NCBI GenBank assembly: GCA_026397135.1
Contig: JAPLVL010000020.1
Coordinates: 17,679 to 59,025, forward strand
Direction: 5' to 3'
DNA: 41,347 nucleotides
Source: Candidatus Berkelbacteria bacterium
GTDB taxonomy: Bacteria; Patescibacteriota; UBA1384; XYA2-FULL-43-10; 1-14-0-10-43-13
The notes under the pieces: generated by a model
What the model was told of the DNA's origin: nothing
What the model saw: only the letters and a program-made list of their open reading frames with translations
Database searches by the model: none
Shown: piece by piece, positions 26,995 through 34,895 of the stretch
How the letters are laid out: every line of letters starts with the position of its first letter
Numbering within the stretch: the stretch's first letter is position 1
Translations under genes and position numbers: made by a program

Positions 26995-27375
26995 CTAATA
27001 ATAATTTGGTATTCTTTTAATCTTAACACCATCTCTCGTGAAACGTACTATCAGGCCAAGCTTCAGCTGAGAAGTTTTTAAATATTCAAAGAGCTGATAA
27101 CAAGAATTTTTATATTCTCTGTCCCCGACCTTAACTTCAATAACAATTTTATCATCAACCAAAAAATCAAAAAACCTCTTGGCCAAAGTTTTTCCTTCAT
27201 TTTTTATCGGATAATAAACTTCCCGCTTGAACAAGTTGGTTTCTCTTTTTAAAAGTTCTTCAAAAGCATCAGCGTAAATTTTTTCACGATGCCCATAACC
27301 AATTTTGTTGTCTATCTCATATGCTAGTCCAACAAGCCTGTAGGACAGATCTTTGTAAAGTAATTCTCTATGCAT
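26995..27375 (-). CDS. GxxExxY family protein (PD-(D/E)XK nuclease-like)
   Basis: IGYGHREKIY, FDFLVDDKIVIEVK, QLFEYLK..KLGLIVRF. Confidence 0.9.
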   Translation of the reverse strand: MHRELLYKDLSYRLVGLAYEIDNKIGYGHREKIYADAFEELLKRETNLFKREVYYPIKNEGKTLAKRFFDFLVDDKIVIEVKVGDREYKNSCYQLFEYLKTSQLKLGLIVRFTRDGVKIKRIPNYY

Positions 27376-27388
27376 TTATTATTCGTGA

Positions 27389-28753
27389 TTAGTTTAATTT
27401 GCGATCCATTTCTGGAACAACGCGGAGGCGTTGTTCTATCATTTCCCAGCTCTCTTCACCCTTAAACAAACCGTACTTTTGCCAGACTTTTTCTCGCTCA
27501 CGATATTTATCGTCGTAAATGGCGTAGGATTTGCAATATTTCTCCGGAGTCAAGTTGAACATCAGTGCGTTTGCTCCGGCAAGCAAACCGAGATGGCGAC
27601 CCTCCAGATCAAGTGTTTCAAGCGCAGTTGTAACCGGTATTTTAATCTCCGGCATCAAAAACCGGGCAATCGCAATATATTTCAAAGTCAATTCCAAAAG
27701 AGTTTCTCTCGTCATTCCCGACCCGATCGGGAATCCATCAGAAATATTGGATCCCCAGGTCATGGCTTCGCCTGCCCGAGGATGACAAGATAGCGGAGTA
27801 TTCTTTGCTAATAAAAAGGGCCCGGCCGAGAGCATCGGTGCCTTCAAACTTTTCATAAAAATCAGATCATCAGCAATACCTCCAATCGTTTGGCCAGGTA
27901 GTCCGAATAGGCTACCTGTCGCCACATAGTAGCCCGTTTTAATTAATTCCTGAATTAGCCTTTTTCGATCATCAAATTTATGACCTGGCCGCATCTTGGC
28001 ATACAATTTTTGGTTGGATATCTCAAAGCGAATTAGTGCACCAGTCGCTCCAGATTCATACGCTTCTTTGTAAAAATCAACACTTCTCTCACCAACCGAC
28101 AGAAATATGAAAACTCTCATTTTCTTTTTGATCTCTCTTACCAGCTGGATCAATTCTGAATCAGAATAATTCTCATCTTCTCCGCTTTGCAAAACGAGAA
28201 GTTTATAACCTTCGTTTTCGACAGCATTCCCGGCGACTTCGACGATCTCCTCAACGCCAAGCCGGTATCGATCAATCCCCTGGTTGTCCTTCCTAATCCC
28301 GCAATAGAGGCAATTGTTCTTGCAGTAATTTGAGAATTCAATAATTCCATGAATACAAACAAAATCTTTGATCCGCTCCTTGCGCAGAGTGTTCGCCTCG
28401 GCATAGAGAGTTTCGAGATTATTCTTGCCTTTCAGACTAAATAAATAAATTATCTCGTCCTTGGTTAAATTTGAATCACCACTTCTGACTTTGTAGATAA
28501 TTTTCTTGAATTTGAGAGAGAGGCGACTGACATCGACTGGGTTATATTTGTCTTCCAACAATGAAATAATTTCCTTGGCGTCTTCCTCCGATATGGCCTT
28601 CACTGCCCTGTTTGTGGCGTAAAGTATCCAATCCCCGGGTTTCACATCAAAAACAAGCGAGAGGTCAATCTGTGCCCTCTCGCGATGAGATATGACAGTT
28701 GCCACACCCTTACTATCTATACTTTCGATTTTTCCAGGAATTGTTAAACACAT
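27389..28753 (-). CDS. Fusion of a HypC/HupF-like domain with a HydE/BioB-like radical SAM enzyme
   Basis: MCLTIPGKI...VKPGDWIL...ISEEDAKE (HypC pattern); GIIEFSNYCKNNCLYCGIR, VLQSGED, GLPGQT, GPF...TPL, PVTTALETL, AGAN..M.NLTP...YAIY (HydE pattern). Confidence 0.88.
   Translation of the reverse strand: MCLTIPGKIESIDSKGVATVISHRERAQIDLSLVFDVKPGDWILYATNRAVKAISEEDAKEIISLLEDKYNPVDVSRLSLKFKKIIYKVRSGDSNLTKDEIIYLFSLKGKNNLETLYAEANTLRKERIKDFVCIHGIIEFSNYCKNNCLYCGIRKDNQGIDRYRLGVEEIVEVAGNAVENEGYKLLVLQSGEDENYSDSELIQLVREIKKKMRVFIFLSVGERSVDFYKEAYESGATGALIRFEISNQKLYAKMRPGHKFDDRKRLIQELIKTGYYVATGSLFGLPGQTIGGIADDLIFMKSLKAPMLSAGPFLLAKNTPLSCHPRAGEAMTWGSNISDGFPIGSGMTRETLLELTLKYIAIARFLMPEIKIPVTTALETLDLEGRHLGLLAGANALMFNLTPEKYCKSYAIYDDKYREREKVWQKYGLFKGEESWEMIEQRLRVVPEMDRKLN
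27711..27786. repeat. GTCAT...ATGAC palindromic element inserted in frame in the HydE-like domain
   Basis: GTCATTCCCGACCCGATCGGGAATCCA...TGGATCCCCAGG...CCCGAGGATGAC; encodes CHPRAGEAMTWGSNISDGFPIGSGMT. Confidence 0.85.
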
Positions 28754-28797
28754 ACACAAAAGTTAAATGTTAAAAGTTAAATGTTAAAAATTAAAGA

Positions 28798-29379
28798 CTA
28801 GAGGTCAGGAGCAAAATTATAAATTGATTTATTTTTGAGATAATTCTCAAACTCGCCAATATTATGCACACCACCATTCAAAACAGCTTCATAGATCACA
28901 GTACTAGAGAAACGCCAGCCCTTGGCTTTCTTGTAATCTTTCAATGTCAAAATAAGGATTCGAGTTGCTTCATCAATTTTCATAAGCTGACTTGTAAACT
29001 TTTTGCCACTAGCTGAGTCTTCCACAATAAACCAGAGATCAATTTTCCAATTCCGGTCAACGCTCTGGAGACCAAGATAATAACCTCTCGGAAAATCTGG
29101 AAAGCGAACATCAGGATAATCTACAAAATTGTCCAGCTTAAACGAACGAAAATAATTCTGTTCGATTAGCTTCCCCATTATTTCGAATATATCCGACTTC
29201 TTCAGATCTTTAACAAAAATATGGATGTCAATATCTTTGGCCACCATCAGATCGTAACTATAGCTGCCAGTAATTTCGACTCTGCCATATTGCCGGAGCA
29301 ATTCCAAAAGTGCTGAATCGTCCAGCATCTTCTCCGCTTCTCTCTTCAGTTCTCCGCTTTGTTCAATAAATTTGTGCAT
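28798..29379 (-). CDS. Pol-beta superfamily nucleotidyltransferase-like protein
   Basis: ITGSYSYDLMVAKDIDI (GS...DxD) and third Asp in WKIDLWF. Confidence 0.7.
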   Translation of the reverse strand: MHKFIEQSGELKREAEKMLDDSALLELLRQYGRVEITGSYSYDLMVAKDIDIHIFVKDLKKSDIFEIMGKLIEQNYFRSFKLDNFVDYPDVRFPDFPRGYYLGLQSVDRNWKIDLWFIVEDSASGKKFTSQLMKIDEATRILILTLKDYKKAKGWRFSSTVIYEAVLNGGVHNIGEFENYLKNKSIYNFAPDL

Positions 29380-29465
29380 AGAAAACGATTAATTATAAAA
29401 TCAAACCAATTGTACCCTGATTTAACTTATGAAAAAAGCCCAACTCAAAAGTTTGGCTTTTTTCT

Positions 29466-29539
29466 TGGTTCCGAGACTAGGATTCGAACCTAGGTAAGCA
29501 GATCCAGAATCTGCTGTCCTGCCACTAGACGATCTCGGA
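29466..29539 (-). tRNA. tRNA-Gln (anticodon CTG)
   Basis: TCCGAGA/TCTCGGA acceptor, GCAGA-TTCTGGA-TCTGC anticodon arm, GGTTCGAATCC, encoded CCA. Confidence 0.97.
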
Positions 29540-29609
29540 ATAACCTTTTGAGAGTATAGCATTTCCGATTCAATTTCTCAAGAATCGATATTACCCAATA
29601 CTCCACATC

Positions 29610-29724
29610 TTGACAAAGTGACCTTGATTTGATATATTGTGTACACAATAGTTAATGCAAATTAACTTTCATACAAATTTCAAGTCCCGGCCACAGTACT
29701 ACTAGTCTACGGGCTTATTTTTTC
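29610..29724 (+). promoter_or_regulatory. Promoter plus putative attenuator leader (uORF and terminator-like hairpin) of the HelD-like gene
   Basis: TTGACA-17-TATATT; uORF 29655-29705; AAGTCCCG...CGGGCTT followed by a T-run. Confidence 0.5.
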
Positions 29725-29756
29725 TGTGTATATGAAATTAAATACAAAGGAAGGAA

Positions 29757-31574
29757 ATGGACAAAGACAAGATCTTGAGAGAGTCAAGGCAGCACGTTGT
29801 CTCGACTTGTCGGGTATTAGAGGAAAAACAGCAAGAGACCAAAACCAAGCTGGAGAATTACAAAAGCAAGTTCAAAAGGAGCTCAGAGGAAGACAAGATT
29901 GTCGAGAGTAGCGTTATTAAATTTGAGATGAAGAAGGTCGATGAGCTGGAATATCTCAAAGGCTCTCCCTACTTCGTACGCTGCGAGGTAAAGCTTGAAG
30001 ATGAGCCGAAAGTTTCAAGCCTCTACTTCGGCAAATTCGGTTCTGATACTGAATCAATCTACTCCTGGGTTGTACCAGCAGCCGTGATACGATTTGACGC
30101 GCCAGGTGAAGTCCTCTATGAATGCCCAGATGGCTCGATTGCCCACGGCATGCTATTGCGCAAAGATCAATTTATGATCACCGATGGCGAAATTAAATTT
30201 CTCTCAAGCGAAAACCTCGACGAAAAGAGAGAACTCATTTATCAAGAATATTTTTCCTCTCGCAAATCCGGATTTGTCCTGCCGGAAATCGTAGCAGAAA
30301 TGGAGAAGAGCCAGGATGCCGTCATCCGTGCTCACCACATCGGACCATTTCTAATCTCTGGTCCGGCTGGCAGCGGCAAAACCACACTGGCACTCCATCG
30401 CGTCGCTTATTTGCTTCAGTCTCCCGACCTATCTGAGACATACACAAGCGACAAAATTATCGTCTTCGTTCAGGATACTGGCACGAAGGCTTACTTCTCC
30501 GAACTATTACCTCAGCTTGGCATTGATGATGTTACCATCACTACTTTTTCCGATTGGGCAATGCAAATTTTGGGTATCGATCTGAACTTCACCGAACATT
30601 TTGGCAGTACCGAGGAAATTCATGATCTCTACGAATCGGCCAAGATCAGTGCCTTGCGCCAAAACAGAAATCACTCCTTCAAAAATCAGAATGTCTTCGC
30701 ATACCTTGGTGAAATTTACAAAAGCTTTTTTACAACTGACCAGAACCACTTGTTCGACTTGCAGAGAGAAAATAACAATCTAGATCGCATCGATTTGACC
30801 CTGCTTCTACTCGGAAAAATGGCAACTGATCAGAATTTGCAAATTATCAAAGATTATTATATTGAGCAAAAGAATGGTCAGTACAAGAAGAGAACAGGCC
30901 CCGTTCCAGTCAAATATTCACTAGCAATCGTCGACGAATTTCAAAATTATCTGCCAGAACAATTACAGATCTTCAATACTTGCATGGATAGCAAATTGAA
31001 ATCAATTATTTATGTTGGTGACCTAGCACAACAAGTTCGGCTTGGTACGATCCGCCAATTTTCCGACATCAATACTTCTCTACTACCCGAACGCCAAGTC
31101 GTCTTACAAAAAGTTTACCGCAATACAGCAAATATTTTGAAATATATCCAGTCGCTTGGCTACAATGTTTCGATTCCAGACAAGATCGCCTCTGGTTCTG
31201 AAGTTGTTGAAATTGCCAAGATAAATTCAGAAACAGAAATTGACATAATCAAAAATGCTTTGGAAAAAGCCGATTACTCATCTGTCGGAATCTTGGCCAA
31301 AGACGAAAACTACCTGACCAATTTTCAGGCCGATTTTGAAAACAATAAGAAAATTCATCTCCTTTCCTTCAGCGAGGCGCAGGGCGTTGAGTTTGATATT
31401 GTCTTTATGGTCGGAATCAGAAAAGATCAGTTTGAAATAAACCAGGATCTCCCGCCAGAGCTTCGAGGCGAGAAACGCAAAATTAACAGGGATCTTCTCT
31501 ATGTTGCTCTCTCTAGAGCAATCAAAGAACTCTTCGTCTTGGGTCAGGACAAATTGTCAGATATTTTGAAATAA
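29757..31574 (+). CDS. HelD-like SF1 helicase / RNA polymerase recycling ATPase
   Basis: SPYF.R, Q..VIR, GPAGSGKTTLALHRVAYLL, YFSELLPQLG, IVDEFQ, VGDLAQ, AQGVEFD, LYVALSRA. Confidence 0.82.
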   Translation: MDKDKILRESRQHVVSTCRVLEEKQQETKTKLENYKSKFKRSSEEDKIVESSVIKFEMKKVDELEYLKGSPYFVRCEVKLEDEPKVSSLYFGKFGSDTESIYSWVVPAAVIRFDAPGEVLYECPDGSIAHGMLLRKDQFMITDGEIKFLSSENLDEKRELIYQEYFSSRKSGFVLPEIVAEMEKSQDAVIRAHHIGPFLISGPAGSGKTTLALHRVAYLLQSPDLSETYTSDKIIVFVQDTGTKAYFSELLPQLGIDDVTITTFSDWAMQILGIDLNFTEHFGSTEEIHDLYESAKISALRQNRNHSFKNQNVFAYLGEIYKSFFTTDQNHLFDLQRENNNLDRIDLTLLLLGKMATDQNLQIIKDYYIEQKNGQYKKRTGPVPVKYSLAIVDEFQNYLPEQLQIFNTCMDSKLKSIIYVGDLAQQVRLGTIRQFSDINTSLLPERQVVLQKVYRNTANILKYIQSLGYNVSIPDKIASGSEVVEIAKINSETEIDIIKNALEKADYSSVGILAKDENYLTNFQADFENNKKIHLLSFSEAQGVEFDIVFMVGIRKDQFEINQDLPPELRGEKRKINRDLLYVALSRAIKELFVLGQDKLSDILK

Positions 31575-31577
31575 TCC

Positions 31578-34079
31578 TTAGTTTTTCAATTCAGCAGTCG
31601 CACTCGGACCCAGCGGTTTCATCACGGCTTGGCCTTGTTGCAGAATATTTTCGATATCCTTTTTGTACAATTCACGATATGCCGAATCATTTACGATTCG
31701 ATCAGGACTCCAGTAAGTTTTGCCCTTGATGAAGAGAAAACCGTCACGATGTGCCATCCAGCCTTCACGAACTTCGCCAGTATTCGAAGGAGAATAATCA
31801 GGTTTCGAATCAGCACTCGGCAGGATCCACTTCCACTCCTTGCTGTGACTCAAATCACGCAAGAAATTTTTGTTGTCGAGATAATCATGCAATCGCTGCA
31901 GTTTATCAGACTGGCCCTTCTCCAACATCGAAACGATGTGGTCCCTGAATCCTTGCATCTCAGGCTGATTATTGTTCTCGAAATTATAATCATGACCAAT
32001 CTCAGAAGCATGCACCGCAACAGGTGTTTCGGGAACATGAGCCGCGTCAGCAGAGGTATGTTCAGCGACATTCCCGTGATCAGTTTGATGTGGAGCTTCA
32101 AGCCAACCCTCGCGAACCATCGTGCCACTATCCTTGTCCGTCTGAACGAAATCTTTGTTCCCTTCGTAGGTATGTGCGTCACCCAAACCTTCACGCTCAA
32201 GTAGTGGGTTAGTGTCACCGACTCTTCCACCACTCTTAGTTTCGTATGTGGTGCCGCCTGGTTTTGGCTCCTCTGGTGTTGCCTTCATCTCTCTTGGCAG
32301 CTCATCTGGACGAGTGTCGTGAGATGAAATAATATGACCCATTTCTTGGTGGTCAGTGACCTGTGGTGTAGAAATATCAGCGTTTGCTTCAGGAGTGACA
32401 CGATCAGCGAAAGGAATTCTCTCAAGCAGTGATTCAGTTGGTGTCAAATGAGTTCCGTCCGGCAAAACCCCCTGCTCAGGACTATCCATTTTGATATCTC
32501 GCGACATATTATCAGCGTATTCAGGTAATGTTGAAGGCGCAGCAGGACTCTGGTCCGGCTCTATCACATGAAGGTCAGTATTGCTAACATCCAGTGGAGT
32601 CGTTGCATTGTCTGAGCTTAAATCCAGCGGACGCTCATTGTCATTTCCCGGAACAAAATCATGTGATTCAGATGTGTCAGTTGGCACAGCTTCGGAAGTA
32701 GTATGGTCCGGCTTCACCGTCACAGGTATCACTCGTGATTCATCTACCGGTTTTGCTGCTGATACTTCGGGATGTTCTGGCTCTTTTGCTACTACATGCT
32801 TTTCTGTGTGGGCGTGTGATGGATTCTCATGATGAGCAGTATGCTCAATATAAGTTCGGCTAGCCGTGTGATGTTCGGTCGGAGCTGCTGGATGATGAGC
32901 ATGGCTAGCTTCAGAAGTTGATGCTATATGTTCAACATGTGAAGGGCTTGGCGAACCTTGTATTTCATTTGTCGGCTCACTGCCCGTAATTCCAGGCACA
33001 ATTTGCCTGCCAGGTTCCGCGACATGACCAGACGAAATATGAGGAGCCTCGGAATGATGGCCCGGTTCGACAACGGTGCTTGAGCCAGTCAGATAGTCAT
33101 GCGCTTCAGCTCTTCCGGCGAAGAGCAGTGCCGAAGCTCCAACAGCCACAGTAGATCCGAAGGCAACCGAACGCTGTTTTTCTCTCTTGGCATCATATTT
33201 GGCCAAAATGTACAGCTCTGCTACTTTGTTTGGTGCAATTTTACCCTGTTCCACTCTCCTCATCAGTTCATCTTGCATCGTTTTGACTAAATCAGAATGT
33301 TCATAGCCTTCTCGTGCATACATCCGTCTCGTGCCGAGGACACCCAGGCCAAGAGCGGCGGCCGCTCCAACTACAGGCATCGTGATTCCCAAACCAAGAG
33401 TAGCTAGAGGAACACACACTTTCAAATATTTCGGCATGCTGGCAAAGGCTTCACGCGCTTTTTCCAGATTTCGGCTAAACCAATTTCCTGCCTCTTTTTC
33501 TGTAATCTTGGCAATCGTTTCTTTGTCCTTGTCTGCCAGGACTTCGCTGATAGCCAAACCTCTGGCAGTCGCGATCTCTGTCAGCCGAACAATGCTGGAG
33601 ACAAGTTCTTTTTCATCAACACCAGCAAGGGCAGATGCATCAATTTTTCCGTCAGAACCTGAGATTTTGTCCAGGACTGATTTTTCGGTCTTCAGTGCAT
33701 ATTGAGCTTCTCCTGCACTTCCTCCACCAATCGCGCCGAGTCCAGTTCGCAACACCTGAGAGGCAACGCCAACGCCAGGAGCGACCGCAGCTACCATCGA
33801 AGCGCCAACACCAGTTACCAATCTTGCCGTATTATTTCTCTTGAACTTGGCAAACCAGCCTCTCCATCCGGTGAGATTTCGCTCGGCTCTGATATTGGCT
33901 ATCTCCATATTCGTATCTAGATATTTTTGACATTCGCTCCGTCTCGTTTCCAGCGCTTCAGCCGAAACTTCCGGACTTTCTAGTTCACCCGTAAAATCTG
34001 GCTCCGCCGATGGAGTCAAAATTTCGCCTGCACTTCCCCCCTCCAAGGACGGATCTGGAGATGTTTCATGTTCTGCCAT
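31578..34079 (-). CDS. Large membrane-associated hypothetical protein with a His/Pro/Thr-rich disordered region
   Basis: 833-aa ORF; GGAGG SD; Gly/Ala-rich hydrophobic segments in the N-terminal 330 aa. Confidence 0.85.
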   Translation of the reverse strand: MAEHETSPDPSLEGGSAGEILTPSAEPDFTGELESPEVSAEALETRRSECQKYLDTNMEIANIRAERNLTGWRGWFAKFKRNNTARLVTGVGASMVAAVAPGVGVASQVLRTGLGAIGGGSAGEAQYALKTEKSVLDKISGSDGKIDASALAGVDEKELVSSIVRLTEIATARGLAISEVLADKDKETIAKITEKEAGNWFSRNLEKAREAFASMPKYLKVCVPLATLGLGITMPVVGAAAALGLGVLGTRRMYAREGYEHSDLVKTMQDELMRRVEQGKIAPNKVAELYILAKYDAKREKQRSVAFGSTVAVGASALLFAGRAEAHDYLTGSSTVVEPGHHSEAPHISSGHVAEPGRQIVPGITGSEPTNEIQGSPSPSHVEHIASTSEASHAHHPAAPTEHHTASRTYIEHTAHHENPSHAHTEKHVVAKEPEHPEVSAAKPVDESRVIPVTVKPDHTTSEAVPTDTSESHDFVPGNDNERPLDLSSDNATTPLDVSNTDLHVIEPDQSPAAPSTLPEYADNMSRDIKMDSPEQGVLPDGTHLTPTESLLERIPFADRVTPEANADISTPQVTDHQEMGHIISSHDTRPDELPREMKATPEEPKPGGTTYETKSGGRVGDTNPLLEREGLGDAHTYEGNKDFVQTDKDSGTMVREGWLEAPHQTDHGNVAEHTSADAAHVPETPVAVHASEIGHDYNFENNNQPEMQGFRDHIVSMLEKGQSDKLQRLHDYLDNKNFLRDLSHSKEWKWILPSADSKPDYSPSNTGEVREGWMAHRDGFLFIKGKTYWSPDRIVNDSAYRELYKKDIENILQQGQAVMKPLGPSATAELKN

Positions 34080-34087
34080 CTGTCCTC

Positions 34088-34390
34088 CTATTTCGAGAAT
34101 TTAATAATCAGTTCTTCGCGCAGTTTTCTTGATTCGTTTTCAAAAATTTCAGGATATTCAGGGAAATTCTTGTCCAGATAGGCTTGCATCTCATCTGCTG
34201 GTTGACCGTCGTTTATGACTGCTTCCAGTTCCTCGCGCTGGCTCTCTGTCGCTTTGTCAGTAATTTCAGCAATCACTCTAGTCTGAATCAAATCAAGCAT
34301 CTGTAGAAACAGAGCTGCCTTTTGTTCGTCCGTCAAATCCTTCATCCCGATCGCACTAAACAATTCTTCGCTCACGCTTTTTTCAGTCAT
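34088..34390 (-). CDS. Small acidic protein, DUF5663-like
   Basis: Pattern IGMKDLTDEQKAALF...IQTRV...YLDKNFPEY..IF; GGAGG SD. Confidence 0.65.
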   Translation of the reverse strand: MTEKSVSEELFSAIGMKDLTDEQKAALFLQMLDLIQTRVIAEITDKATESQREELEAVINDGQPADEMQAYLDKNFPEYPEIFENESRKLREELIIKFSK

Positions 34391-34413
34391 ATCTCCTCCA
34401 AAAATTATAGTCT

Positions 34414-34439
34414 GTCATCTCGGATAACTCCGAGATCCA
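34414..34439. repeat. Single-arm GTCAT palindromic element
   Basis: GTCATCTCGGA-TAAC-TCCGAGATCCA. Confidence 0.7.
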
Positions 34440-34460
34440 AACGCTGTTTTATTTAAATTC

Positions 34461-34895
34461 TCAATTTGACTCTTCGGCCATCATCGCAGCCATTATCCCG
34501 TCAGCCAGGAAGAATTCCTCCGCATCCGCTCTCTTGCCAAAGGATGAATATCGTAGCAAAAGCTTTTTGAAATAATTTTCTTCTTCTGGCGAAATAATCA
34601 GAATCTCAATCTTTGCCCTCTTCCTGCTTTCCGATTGCAATTCCTTAAGCTGATCATCTGATAATTCTCGAAAAATACCAGTCGCAAATGCCTCGACGGA
34701 ATAATTGAAATAATTTGCATTGACCCTCTCAAGCAACCGAATCAAACCTTCTTCGTCATTGAAATTAAGCCCGCGATTGGGAGAATAATTCTTCTTGAAT
34801 TGAAATTCCTTCTCCAGCACTAATTCACTTTGATCGTCTTCATATTTGTGAACACGCACAACTGAAGATCCTATTTCGACAATCACTTTCTTCAT
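34461..34895 (-). CDS. Truncated Ppx/GppA (ASKHA)-like protein
   Basis: VIVEIGSSVVRV, AFATGIFRE, IEILIISPEEE match the first Ppx/GppA domain; only 144 aa. Confidence 0.6.
   Translation of the reverse strand: MKKVIVEIGSSVVRVHKYEDDQSELVLEKEFQFKKNYSPNRGLNFNDEEGLIRLLERVNANYFNYSVEAFATGIFRELSDDQLKELQSESRKRAKIEILIISPEEENYFKKLLLRYSSFGKRADAEEFFLADGIMAAMMAEESN

Noticed and set aside
31629-32233. 191-aa and 127-aa ORFs overlapping the 833-aa gene; likewise the other antisense or alternate-frame ORFs inside dnaB, dnaX, uvrD, gltX and GT4
   Set aside because: Shadow ORFs of well-supported genes, with no motifs of their own
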